Positions 1 through 8,064 of a stretch of 18,478 bases of DNA are shown here, piece by piece. Position numbers and translations under genes: made by a program. The stretch lies in the IMG/VR virus record IMGVR_UViG_2802429220_000018, positions 1 to 18,478 of that record, one strand, 5' to 3'. How positions within the stretch are numbered: position 1 is the stretch's first letter; each line of letters begins with the position of its first letter. This DNA comes from a virus. Lineage: Duplodnaviria > Heunggongvirae > Uroviricota > Caudoviricetes. The notes beneath the pieces were generated by a model that was not told the DNA's origin, ran no database searches, and worked only from the letters and a program-made list of their open reading frames with translations.

Positions 1-339
1 CGGGAAATTGAGGCATGGCGCGACAGTCAGGAAAACGTTGAGTTTATTTTCACGTTTGATGGCCGTCGTTTTGATGGTGGAAAAACCTCGCAGTCACGCC
101 TTGCCCCCGTGGTTGCAGCAGCACAGGCCGGACTGCTTCCGGATGGTTTTTTCTGGACTGATGCGGATAATAACAACGTCGTACTGACCAGGGAGAAACT
201 TATTGCGCTGAACGATGCCATGATGGTGGCCATGGTGGCGGAGGGCTTTAAAATCCACGAACGCCAGCGCGAGATGAAAGAGCAACTTTCCCTGCTGTCC
301 ACACTGAGCGATATAAGAGCGTTAACGCCCGGTTATTAA
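1..339 (+). CDS. 3' end of a 5'-truncated ORF (112 codons in window) of unknown function; does not match any lambda head or tail protein I recognise
   Basis: Frame 1 is open from base 1 to TAA at 337-339 (...FFWTDADNNNVVLTREKLIALNDAMMVAMVAEGFKIHERQREMKEQLSLLSTLSDIRALTPGY). The ORF track starts it at 109 only because the window cuts the 5' end. Coding-like composition; no family assignment possible by eye. Confidence 0.4.
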   Translation, partial: REIEAWRDSQENVEFIFTFDGRRFDGGKTSQSRLAPVVAAAQAGLLPDGFFWTDADNNNVVLTREKLIALNDAMMVAMVAEGFKIHERQREMKEQLSLLSTLSDIRALTPGY

Positions 340-362
340 GTAATCATTTTATATAGTTTATA

Positions 363-388
363 ACGATCGATACAATCGTATCGATCGT
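363..388. promoter_or_regulatory. Perfect 11-bp inverted repeat (acgatcgatac / gtatcgatcgt, 4-bp spacer) carrying two GATC Dam sites, about 75-100 bp upstream of com; candidate methylation-sensitive operator
   Basis: Read directly: arms 363-373 and 378-388 are exact reverse complements; GATC at 365-368 and 383-386, a third GATC at 458-461 abutting the com ATG. AT-rich TATA-like stretch at 345-362. In Mu, mom transcription is controlled by Dam methylation of GATC sites upstream of the promoter (OxyR binds the unmethylated sites). Confidence 0.4.
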
Positions 389-461
389 CAGTTTGCATCA
401 TCTGTGATTAAATACCCTGGCCCTCAGGGCTGTCGTATCTGGTTAATACACAGGTGGGATC

Positions 462-647
462 ATGGATGCTGTTCGTTGTAAAAACTGCAATAAATTGCTG
501 TTTAAAGGAAGTTTTAAGCATATAGAAATCAAATGCCCTCGTTGTAAACGTTACATTGTCATGTCGAGTGCCCGGGAGCATCCCACGGAGCTGTATTGTG
601 GGAAAAGAGAAGAAATCACGCATTCTTACAAAACCCTGCGTTATTGA
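462..647 (+). CDS. com: Com-like zinc-finger translational activator (Mu Com homologue), 61 aa
   Basis: ATG 462 with AGGTGG 5-6 nt upstream. Four-Cys zinc knuckle CKNC...CPRC (C6, C9, C25, C28). The string [16 protein letters not shown]...[11 protein letters not shown]...HPTE..CGKRE.ITHS matches my recollection of Mu Com closely. The 3' end overlaps the next gene as com overlaps mom in Mu. Confidence 0.75.
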   Translation: MDAVRCKNCNKLLFKGSFKHIEIKCPRCKRYIVMSSAREHPTELYCGKREEITHSYKTLRY

Positions 648-1314
648 ATATGAAGGCCGTATTGTCGGCTATGGTTCAAGGGAACTGCGCGTTGAAACCA
701 TATCCTGCTGGCTGGCCCGCACAATCATTCAGACAAAGCACTATTCCCGCCGTTTTGTGAATAACTCCTACCTGCATCTGGGGGTATTCAGCGGACGTGA
801 TCTGGTTGGCGTTCTCCAGTGGGGATATGCCCTTAATCCCAACTCAGGGCGTCGGGTCGTGCCAGGAACGGATAACCGGGGCTATATGGAACTGAACCGC
901 ATGTGGTTACACGACGACATGCCCCGCAACTCTGAATCACGGGCCATCAGCTACGCACTGAAAACCATCAGGTTACTGTATCCGTCAGTGGAGTGGGTTC
1001 AGTCCTTTGCAGACGAACGCTGCGGACGTGCAGGTGTTGTGTATCAGGCGTCGAATTTTGATTTTATTGGTAGCCACGAAAGCACGTTCTACGAACTGGA
1101 CGGCGAGTGGTATCACGAGATAACGATGAACGCGATTAAGCGTGGAGGACAACGAGGCGAGTATTTACGGGCTAATAAGGAGCGGGCGGTGGTACACAAA
1201 TTTAATCAGTATCGCTACATCAGATTCCTGAACAAGCGCGCAAGGAAGCGATTAAATACTAAGCTATTCAGGATTCAGCCATACCCAAAAACACGCCAGA
1301 TTAGTATCAAATAA
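598..1314 (+). CDS. mom: Mom-like DNA modification protein (Mu Mom family, acyltransferase-like adenine-modifying enzyme); start uncertain (GTG 598 preferred, TTG 556 is the longest ORF)
   Basis: The ORF overlaps the com 3' end in another frame, the Mu com-mom arrangement. The conserved core ...[24 protein letters not shown]...[26 protein letters not shown]... resembles Mu Mom as I recall it. GTG 598 has GGAG 7 nt upstream, and both lie in a potential stem (tcccac 581-586 / gtggga 598-603) that would sequester the start site. TAA at 1312-1314. Confidence 0.7.
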   Translation: MGKEKKSRILTKPCVIEYEGRIVGYGSRELRVETISCWLARTIIQTKHYSRRFVNNSYLHLGVFSGRDLVGVLQWGYALNPNSGRRVVPGTDNRGYMELNRMWLHDDMPRNSESRAISYALKTIRLLYPSVEWVQSFADERCGRAGVVYQASNFDFIGSHESTFYELDGEWYHEITMNAIKRGGQRGEYLRANKERAVVHKFNQYRYIRFLNKRARKRLNTKLFRIQPYPKTRQISIK

Positions 1315-1326
1315 TTTTTCGTTGTG

Positions 1327-1375
1327 CCGTTTTGGGTGGTATCAAAAAAAATCCCAAACGGTATCAAATAATTTT
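1327..1375 (+). terminator. Imperfect hairpin (ccgttttggg ... cccaaacgg, 16-nt A-rich loop) followed by a T-rich tract, directly after the mom stop; possible terminator or junction structure
   Basis: Read directly: 1327-1336 pairs with 1353-1361 with one bulge, then tatcaaataatttt. Weak as an intrinsic terminator because of the long loop and short T run. Confidence 0.3.
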
Positions 1376-1386
1376 GCGCGCTTTAC

Positions 1387-1506
1387 CCGGCACTGTCAGA
1401 TTTGATCACCAGTATGGTGGCCAGTGGCTATGACTACCGGCGCGACGATGATGCGGGCCTGTGGAGTTCAGCCGATCTGACTTATGTCATTACCTATGAA
1501 ATGTGA
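1387..1506 (+). pseudogene. U: 3' remnant (about 40 codons) of lambda tail terminator gene U; the 5' two-thirds is absent
   Basis: Frame ending at TGA 1504-1506 reads ...[39 protein letters not shown], matching the C-terminus of lambda gpU (131 aa) as I recall it. Upstream in frame there is a stop at 1369-1371 and no lambda-like sequence. The remnant sits immediately before V as in lambda. Confidence 0.6.
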
Positions 1507-1513
1507 GGACGCT

Positions 1514-2254
1514 ATGCCTGTACCAAATCCAACAATGCCGGTGAAAGGTGCCGGGACCACACTGTGGGTTTATAAGGGGAACGGTGACCCTTATGCGAAC
1601 CCGCTTTCAGACGTTGACTGGTCGCGTCTGGCTAAAGTTAAAGACCTGACGCCCGGCGAACTGACCGCTGAGTCCTATGACGACAGTTATCTCGATGATG
1701 AAGATGCGGACTGGACCGCGACCGGACAGGGGCAGAAGTCAGCCGGAGATACCAGCTTCACGCTGGCGTGGATGCCCGGAGAGCAGGGGCAGCAGGCGCT
1801 GCTGGCGTGGTTTAATGAAGGTGATACCCGTGCCTATAAAATCCGCTTCCCGAACGGCACGGTCGATGTGTTCCGTGGCTGGGTCAGCAGTATCGGTAAG
1901 GCGGTGACGGCGAAGGAAGTGATTACCCGCACGGTGAAGGTCACCAATGTGGGACGCCCGTCGATGGCAGAAGATCGCAGCACGGTGACGGCGGCCACCG
2001 GCATGACGGTAACGCCAGCCAGTGCTTCCGTAGTGAAAGGGCAGAGCACCACGCTGACCGTGGCATTCCAGCCGGAAGGCGCAACCGACAAGAGCTTCCG
2101 TGCGGTGTCTGCGGATAAAACAAAAGCCACCGTGTCGGTCAGTGGTATGACCATCACCGTGAACGGCGTTGCTGCAGGCAAGGTCAACATTCCGGTCGTA
2201 TCCGGTAATGGTGAGTTTGCTGCGGTTGCAGAAATCACCGTCACCGCCAGTTAA
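1514..2254 (+). CDS. V: Major tail tube protein gpV (246 aa) with C-terminal Ig-like domain
   Basis: ATG 1514 with GAGGA 4-5 nt upstream (the track's 1484 start is an upstream in-frame extension). The sequence [22 protein letters not shown]...[16 protein letters not shown] is essentially lambda V as I recall it; length 741 bp equals lambda V. Confidence 0.95.
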   Translation: MPVPNPTMPVKGAGTTLWVYKGNGDPYANPLSDVDWSRLAKVKDLTPGELTAESYDDSYLDDEDADWTATGQGQKSAGDTSFTLAWMPGEQGQQALLAWFNEGDTRAYKIRFPNGTVDVFRGWVSSIGKAVTAKEVITRTVKVTNVGRPSMAEDRSTVTAATGMTVTPASASVVKGQSTTLTVAFQPEGATDKSFRAVSADKTKATVSVSGMTITVNGVAAGKVNIPVVSGNGEFAAVAEITVTAS

Positions 2255-2269
2255 TCCGGAGAGTCAGCG

Positions 2270-2692
2270 ATGTTCCTGAAAACCGAATCATTTGAACATA
2301 ACGGCGTGACCGTCACGCTTTCTGAACTGTCAGCCCTACAGCGTATTGAGCATCTCGCCCTGATGAAACGGCAGGCAGAACAGGCGGAGTCAGACAGCAA
2401 CCGGAAGTTTACTGTGGAAGACGCCATCAGAACCGGCGCTTTTGTGGTGGCGATGTCCCTGTGGCATAACCATCCGAAGAAGACGCAGATGCCGTCCATG
2501 AATGAAGCCGTTAAACAGATTGAGCAGGAAGTGCTTACCACCTGGCCTACAGAGGCAATTTCTCATGCTGAAAACGTGGTGTACCGGCTGTCCGGAATGT
2601 ATGAGTTTGTGGTGAATGATGCCCCTGACCAGACAGAGGACGCCGGGCCTGCAGAGCCTGTTTCTGCGGGAAAGTGTTCGACGGTGAGCTGA
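2270..2692 (+). CDS. G: Tail assembly chaperone gpG (140 aa)
   Basis: ATG 2270 with GGAGAG upstream. MFLKTESFEHNGVTVTLSELSALQRIEHLALMKRQAEQ... matches lambda G; ends TGA 2690-2692 shortly after the slippery site. Confidence 0.93.
   Translation: MFLKTESFEHNGVTVTLSELSALQRIEHLALMKRQAEQAESDSNRKFTVEDAIRTGAFVVAMSLWHNHPKKTQMPSMNEAVKQIEQEVLTTWPTEAISHAENVVYRLSGMYEFVVNDAPDQTEDAGPAEPVSAGKCSTVS
2668..2674 (+). promoter_or_regulatory. Programmed -1 ribosomal frameshift site G GGA AAG joining G to T (G-T fusion chaperone)
   Basis: Heptamer GGGAAAG at 2668-2674 is in the G zero frame (gcG GGA AAG); the -1 frame continues open into the T reading frame through 3108. This is the conserved lambda G/GT recoding site. 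Confidence 0.85.
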
Positions 2693-3108
2693 GTTTTGCC
2701 CTGAAACTGGCGCGAGAGATGGGGCGACCTGACTGGCGCGCCATGCTTGCCGGGATGTCATCCACGGAGTATGCCGACTGGCACCGCTTTTACAGTACCC
2801 ATTATTTTCATGATGTTCTGCTGGATATGCACTTTTCCGGGCTGACGTACACTGTGCTCAGCCTGTTTTTCAGCGATCCGGATATGCATCCGCTGGATTT
2901 CAGTTTGCTGAACCGGCGTGAGGATGACGAAGAGCCTGAAGATGATGTGCTGATGCAGAAAGCGGCAGGGCTTACCGGAGGCGTCCGCTTTGACCCGGAC
3001 GGAAATGAAGTTATCCCCGCTTCCCCGGATATGGCGGGCATGACGGAGGATGACGTAATGCTGATGACAGTATCAGAAGGGATCGCAGGAGGAGTCCGGT
3101 ATGGCTGA
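2674..3108 (+). CDS. T: gpT portion of the G-T tail assembly fusion protein; not independently initiated, expressed by -1 frameshift from G
   Basis: -1 frame relative to G, open 2674-3108, product ...LSFALKLAREMGRPDWRAMLAGMSSTEYADWHRFYSTHYFHDVLLDMHF... matching lambda T. The 'M' at 2674 in the track is a GTG and not a real start. Confidence 0.85.
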   Translation: MFDGELSFALKLAREMGRPDWRAMLAGMSSTEYADWHRFYSTHYFHDVLLDMHFSGLTYTVLSLFFSDPDMHPLDFSLLNRREDDEEPEDDVLMQKAAGLTGGVRFDPDGNEVIPASPDMAGMTEDDVMLMTVSEGIAGGVRYG

Positions 3109-5662
3109 ACCGGTAGGCGATCTGGTCGTTGATTTAAGTCTGGATGCGGCCAGATTTGACGAGCAGATGGCCAGAGTCAGGCGTCATTTTTCCGGTACGG
3201 AAAGTGATGCGAAAAAAACAGCGGCAGTCGTTGAACAGTCGCTGAGCCGACAGGCGCTGGCTGCACAGAAAGCGGGGATTTCCGTCGGGCAGTATAAAGC
3301 CGCCATGCGTATGCTGCCTGCACAGTTCACCGACGTGGCCACGCAGCTTGCAGGCGGGCAAAGCCCGTGGCTGATCCTGCTGCAACAGGGTGGTCAGGTT
3401 AAGGACTCCTTCGGCGGGATGATCCCCATGTTCCGGGGGCTTGCCGGTGCGATCACCCTGCCGATGGTCGGGGCCACCTCGCTGGCGGTGGCGACCGGTG
3501 CGCTGGCGTATGCCTGGTATCAGGGTAACTCAACCCTGTCCGATTTCAACAAAACGCTGGTCCTTTCCGGTAATCAGGCGGGACTGACGGCAGATCGTAT
3601 GCTGGTCCTGTCCAGAGCCGGGCAGGCTGCAGGGCTGACGTTTAACCAGACCAGCGAGTCACTCAGTGCACTGGTTAAGGCGGGGGTAAGCGGTGAGGCT
3701 CAGATTGCGTCCATCAGCCAGAGTGTGGCGCGTTTCTCCTCTGCATCCGGTGTGGAGGTGGACAAGGTCGCTGAAGCCTTCGGGAAGCTGACCACTGACC
3801 CGACGTCGGGGCTGACGGCGATGGCGCGCCAGTTCCATAACGTGACGGCGGAGCAGATTGCGTATGTTGCTCAGTTGCAGCGTTCCGGCGATGAAGCCGG
3901 GGCATTGCAGGCGGCGAACGAGGCCGCAACGAAAGGGTTTGATGACCAGACCCGACGCTTGAAAGAGAACATGGGCACGCTGGAAACCTGGGCAGACAGG
4001 ACAGCACGGGCATTCAAATCCATGTGGGATGCGGTGCTGGATATTGGTCGTCCTGATACCGCTCAGGAGATGCTGATTAAGGCAGAGGCTGCGTTTAAGA
4101 AAGCGGACGACATCTGGAATCTGCGCAAGGATGATTATTTTGTTAACGATGAAGCGCGGGCGCGTTACTGGGATGATCGTGAAAAGGCCCGTCTTGCGCT
4201 TGAAGCCGCCCGAAAGAAGGCTGAACAGCAGAGTCAACAGGACAAAAATGCGCAGCAGCAGAGCGATACCGAAGCGTCACGGCTGAAATATACCGAAGAG
4301 GCGCAGAAGGCTTACGAACGGCTGCAGACGCCGCTGGAGAAATATACCGCCCGTCAGGAAGAACTGAACAAGGCACTGAAAGACGGGAAAATCCTGCAGG
4401 CAGATTACAACACGCTGATGGCGGCGGCGAAAAAGGATTATGAAGCGACGCTGAAAAAGCCGAAACAGTCCGGCGTGAAGGTGTCTGCGGGCGATCGTCA
4501 GGAAGACAGTGCTCATGCTGCCCTGCTGACGCTTCAGGCAGAACTCCGGACACTGGAGAAGCATGCCGGAGCGAATGAGAAAATCAGCCAGCAGCGCCGG
4601 GATTTGTGGAAGGCAGAAAGTCAGTTCGCGGTACTGGAGGAGGCGGCACAACGTCGCCAGCTGTCCGCACAGGAGAAATCCCTGCTGGCGCATAAAGACG
4701 AGACGCTGGAGTACAAACGCCAGCTGGCTGCACTTGGCGATAAGGTCACGTATCAGGAGCACCTGAATGCGCTGGCGCAGCAGGCGGATAAATTCGCACA
4801 GCAACAACGGGCAAAACGGGCAGCCATTGATGCGAAAAACCGGGGGCTGACTGACCGGCAGGCAGCGCGGGACGCCACGGAACAGCGCCTGAAGGAACAG
4901 TATGGCGATAATCCGCTGGCGCTGAATAGCGTCATGTCAGAGCAGAAAAAGACCTGGGCGGCTGAAGACCAGCTTCGTGGGAGCTGGATGGCAGGCCTCA
5001 GGTCAGGCTGGAGTGAGTGGGAAGAGAGCGCCACGGACAGTATGTCGCAGGTTAAAAGTGCAGCCACGCAGACCTTTGATGGTATTGCACAGAATATGGC
5101 GGCGATGCTGACCGGCAGTGAACAGAACTGGCGCAGCTTCACCCGTTCCGTGCTGTCCATGATGACAGAAATTCTGCTTAAGCAGGCAATGGTGGGGATT
5201 GTCGGGAGTATCGGCAGCGCCATTGGCGGTGCTGCCAGTGGTGGCGCATCAGCGTCAGGCGGTACAGCCATTCAGGCAGCTGCGGCGAAACTCCATTTTG
5301 CGACCGGAGGATTTACGGGAACCGGCGGCAAATATGAGCCAGCGGGGATTGTTCACCGTGGTGAATTTGTCTTCACCAAGGAGGCAACCAGCCGGATTGG
5401 CGTGGGGAATCTTTACCGGCTGATGCGCGGCTATGCCACCGGCGGTTATGTCGGTACACCGGGCAGCATGGCGGACAGTCGGTCGCAGGCGTCCGGGACG
5501 TTTGAGCAGAATAACCATGTGGTGATTAACAACGACGGCACGAACGGTCAGATAGGGCCACAGGCGCTGAAGGCTGTTTATGACGTAGCCCGTAAGGCGG
5601 CAATGGATGTTGTGACCGGGCAGATGCGTGATGGTGGTCTGTTCTCCGGAGGTGGACGATGA
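3101..5662 (+). CDS. H: Tail tape measure protein gpH (853 aa)
   Basis: ATG 3101 overlapping the end of T. MAEPVGDLVVDLSLDAARFDEQMARVRRHF..., length 853 aa, coiled-coil-rich middle and glycine-rich C-terminus, as in lambda H. Confidence 0.95.
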   Translation: MAEPVGDLVVDLSLDAARFDEQMARVRRHFSGTESDAKKTAAVVEQSLSRQALAAQKAGISVGQYKAAMRMLPAQFTDVATQLAGGQSPWLILLQQGGQVKDSFGGMIPMFRGLAGAITLPMVGATSLAVATGALAYAWYQGNSTLSDFNKTLVLSGNQAGLTADRMLVLSRAGQAAGLTFNQTSESLSALVKAGVSGEAQIASISQSVARFSSASGVEVDKVAEAFGKLTTDPTSGLTAMARQFHNVTAEQIAYVAQLQRSGDEAGALQAANEAATKGFDDQTRRLKENMGTLETWADRTARAFKSMWDAVLDIGRPDTAQEMLIKAEAAFKKADDIWNLRKDDYFVNDEARARYWDDREKARLALEAARKKAEQQSQQDKNAQQQSDTEASRLKYTEEAQKAYERLQTPLEKYTARQEELNKALKDGKILQADYNTLMAAAKKDYEATLKKPKQSGVKVSAGDRQEDSAHAALLTLQAELRTLEKHAGANEKISQQRRDLWKAESQFAVLEEAAQRRQLSAQEKSLLAHKDETLEYKRQLAALGDKVTYQEHLNALAQQADKFAQQQRAKRAAIDAKNRGLTDRQAARDATEQRLKEQYGDNPLALNSVMSEQKKTWAAEDQLRGSWMAGLRSGWSEWEESATDSMSQVKSAATQTFDGIAQNMAAMLTGSEQNWRSFTRSVLSMMTEILLKQAMVGIVGSIGSAIGGAASGGASASGGTAIQAAAAKLHFATGGFTGTGGKYEPAGIVHRGEFVFTKEATSRIGVGNLYRLMRGYATGGYVGTPGSMADSRSQASGTFEQNNHVVINNDGTNGQIGPQALKAVYDVARKAAMDVVTGQMRDGGLFSGGGR

Positions 5663-5988
5663 AAACCTTCCGCTGGAAAGTGAAACCCGGTATGGATGTG
5701 GCTTCGGCCCCTTCTGTAAGAAAGGTGCGCTTTGGTGATGGCTATTCCCAGCGAGCGCCTGCCGGGCTGAATGCCAACCTGAAAACGTACAGCGTGACGC
5801 TTTCTGTCCCCCGTGAGGAGGCCACGGTACTGGAGTCGTTTCTGGAAGAGCACGGGGGCTGGAAAGCCTTTCTGTGGACGCCGCCTTATGAGTGGCGGCA
5901 GATAAAGGTGACCTGCGCAAAATGGTCGTCGCGGGTCAGTATGCTGCGTGTTGAGTTCAGCGCAGAGTTTGAACAGGTGGTGAACTGA
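5659..5988 (+). CDS. M: Tail tip assembly protein gpM (109 aa)
   Basis: ATG 5659 overlaps the H stop (ATGA). MKTFRWKVKPGMDVASAPSVRKVRFGDGYSQRA... matches lambda M. Confidence 0.93.
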   Translation: MKTFRWKVKPGMDVASAPSVRKVRFGDGYSQRAPAGLNANLKTYSVTLSVPREEATVLESFLEEHGGWKAFLWTPPYEWRQIKVTCAKWSSRVSMLRVEFSAEFEQVVN

Positions 5989-6686
5989 TGCAGGATATCC
6001 GGCAGGAAACACTGAATGAATGCACCCGTGCGGAGCAGTCGGCCAGCGTGGTGCTCTGGGAAATCGACCTGACAGAGGTCGGTGGAGAACGTTATTTTTT
6101 CTGTAATGAGCAGAACGAAAAAGGTGAGCCGGTCACCTGGCAGGGGCGACAGTATCAGCCGTATCCCATTCAGGGGAGTGGTTTTGAACTGAATGGCAAA
6201 GGCACCAGTACGCGCCCCACGCTGACGGTTTCTAACCTGTACGGTATGGTCACCGGGATGGCGGAAGATCTGCAGAGTCTGGTCGGCGGAACGGTGGTCC
6301 GGCGTAAGGTTTACGCCCGTTTTCTGGATGCGGTGAACTTCGTCAACGGAAACAGTGACGCCGATCCGGAGCAGGAGGTGATCAGCCGTTGGCGCATTGA
6401 GCAGTGCAGCGAACTGAGCGCGGTGAGTGCCTCTTTTGTACTGTCCACGCCGACGGAAACGGACGGCGCTGTTTTTCCGGGACGTATCATGCTGGCCAAC
6501 ACCTGCACCTGGACCTATCGCGGCGATGAGTGCGGTTATCACGGTCCGGCGGTCGCGGATGAATATGACCAGCCAACGTCCGATATCACGAAGGATAAAT
6601 GCAGCAAATGCCTGAGCGGTTGTAAGTTCCGCAATAACGTCGGCAACTTTGGCGGCTTCCTTTCCATTAACAAACTTTCGCAGTAA
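5988..6686 (+). CDS. L: Tail tip protein gpL (232 aa)
   Basis: ATG 5988 overlaps the M stop (TGATG). MQDIRQETLNECTRAEQSASVVLWEIDLTEVGGERYFFCNE... matches lambda L, including the C-terminal Cys cluster. Confidence 0.93.
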   Translation: MQDIRQETLNECTRAEQSASVVLWEIDLTEVGGERYFFCNEQNEKGEPVTWQGRQYQPYPIQGSGFELNGKGTSTRPTLTVSNLYGMVTGMAEDLQSLVGGTVVRRKVYARFLDAVNFVNGNSDADPEQEVISRWRIEQCSELSAVSASFVLSTPTETDGAVFPGRIMLANTCTWTYRGDECGYHGPAVADEYDQPTSDITKDKCSKCLSGCKFRNNVGNFGGFLSINKLSQ

Positions 6687-6691
6687 ATCCC

Positions 6692-7435
6692 ATGACACAG
6701 GCAGAATCAGCGATTCTGGCGCACGCCCGGCGATGTGCGCCAGCGGAGTCGTGCGGCTTCGTGGTAAGCACGCCGGAGGGGGAAAGATATTTCCCCTGCG
6801 TGAATATCTCCGGTGAGCCGGAGGCGTATTTCCGTATGTCGCCGGAAGACTGGCTGCAGGCAGAAATGCAGGGTGAGATTGTGGCGCTGGTCCACAGCCA
6901 CCCCGGTGGTCTGCCCTGGCTGAGTGAGGCCGACCGGCGGCTGCAGGTGCAGAGTGATTTGCCGTGGTGGCTGGTCTGCCGGGGGACGATTCATAAGTTC
7001 CGCTGTGTGCCGCATCTCACCGGGCGGCGCTTTGAGCACGGGGTGACGGACTGTTACACGCTGTTCCGGGATGCTTATCATCTGGCGGGGATTGAGATGC
7101 CGGATTTTCATCGCGAGGATGACTGGTGGCGTCACGGTCAGAATCTCTATCTGGATAATCTGGAGGCCACAGGGCTGTATCAGGTGCCGTTGTCATCAGC
7201 ACAACCGGGCGATGTGCTGCTGTGCTGTTTTGGTTCATCGGTGCCGAATCATGCCGCCATTTACTGTGGTGATGGCGAGCTGCTGCACCATATTCCTGAA
7301 CAACTGAGCAAACGAGAGAGGTATACCGACAAATGGCAGCGACGCACACACTCCCTCTGGCGTCACCGGGCATGGCACGCATCTGCCTTTACGGGGATTT
7401 GCAACGATTTGGCCGCCGCATCGATCTTCGTGTGA
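6692..7435 (+). CDS. K: Tail tip assembly protein gpK (247 aa; JAB/MPN plus NlpC/P60-like)
   Basis: ATG 6692. MTQAESAILAHARRCAPAESCGFVVSTPEGERYF...HSHPGG... matches lambda K; the 3' end overlaps the start of I in another frame, as in lambda. Confidence 0.9.
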   Translation: MTQAESAILAHARRCAPAESCGFVVSTPEGERYFPCVNISGEPEAYFRMSPEDWLQAEMQGEIVALVHSHPGGLPWLSEADRRLQVQSDLPWWLVCRGTIHKFRCVPHLTGRRFEHGVTDCYTLFRDAYHLAGIEMPDFHREDDWWRHGQNLYLDNLEATGLYQVPLSSAQPGDVLLCCFGSSVPNHAAIYCGDGELLHHIPEQLSKRERYTDKWQRRTHSLWRHRAWHASAFTGICNDLAAASIFV

Positions 7436-8004
7436 AAACGGGGGCTGAAGCTATCCGGGCGCTGGCCACACAGCTCCCGGCGTTTCGTCAGAAACTGAGC
7501 GACGGCTGGTATCAGGTACGGATTGCCGGGCGGGATGTCAGCACGTCCGGATTAACGGCGCAGTTACATGAGACTCTGCCTGATGGCGCTGTGATTCATA
7601 TTGTTCCCAGAGTCGCCGGGGCCAAGTCAGGTGGTGTATTCCAGATTGTCCTGGGAGCTGCCGCCATTGCCGGATCATTCTTTACTGCCGGAGCCACCCT
7701 TGCAGCATGGGGGGCAGCCATTGGGGCCGGTGGTATGACCGGCATCCTGTTTTCTCTCGGTGCCAGTATGGTGCTCGGTGGTGTGGCGCAGATGCTGGCA
7801 CCGAAAGCCAGAACTCCCCGTACACAGACAACGGATAACGGCAAACAGAACACCTATTTTTCCTCACTGGATAACATGGTTGCTCAGGGCAATGTTTTGC
7901 CTGTTCTGTACGGTGAAATGCGTGTGGGGTCGCGGGTGGTTTCTCAGGAGATCAGCACGGCAGACGAAGGGGACGGTGGTCAGGTTGTGGTGATTGGTCG
8001 CTGA
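7333..8004 (+). CDS. I: Tail tip assembly protein gpI (223 aa)
   Basis: ATG 7333 inside the K 3' end. MAATHTLPLASPGMARICLYGDLQRFGRRIDLRVKTGAEAIRALATQ... matches lambda I; ubiquitin-like N-terminus and Gly/Ala-rich hydrophobic segment. Confidence 0.9.
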   Translation: MAATHTLPLASPGMARICLYGDLQRFGRRIDLRVKTGAEAIRALATQLPAFRQKLSDGWYQVRIAGRDVSTSGLTAQLHETLPDGAVIHIVPRVAGAKSGGVFQIVLGAAAIAGSFFTAGATLAAWGAAIGAGGMTGILFSLGASMVLGGVAQMLAPKARTPRTQTTDNGKQNTYFSSLDNMVAQGNVLPVLYGEMRVGSRVVSQEISTADEGDGGQVVVIGR

Positions 8005-8064
8005 TGCAAAATGTTTTATGTGAAACCGCCTCCGGGCGGTTTTGTCGTTTATGGAGCATGACGA

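Noticed and set aside
109-339. Treating 109-339 as a complete 76-aa gene
   Set aside because: The frame is open from the first base of the window, so this is the C-terminal part of a longer gene cut by the window edge. The minus-strand ORFs 27-302 and 94-285 overlap it and look like antisense artefacts.
1484-1513. Upstream extension of V (track start at 1484, [10 protein letters not shown]...)
   Set aside because: It would overlap the end of the U remnant. ATG 1514 has a proper GAGGA ribosome-binding site and gives the canonical gpV N-terminus MPVPNPT.
3134-5920. Several long minus-strand ORFs (for example 3659-4237, 4277-4807, 4753-5271, 5255-5920) and the plus-strand ORFs 4563-4766 and 5199-5423 inside gene H
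   Set aside because: They lie entirely within the tape-measure gene, whose identity is clear from its protein sequence. They have Arg/Pro/Cys-rich composition typical of off-frame translation of GC-rich coding DNA and no convincing start context.
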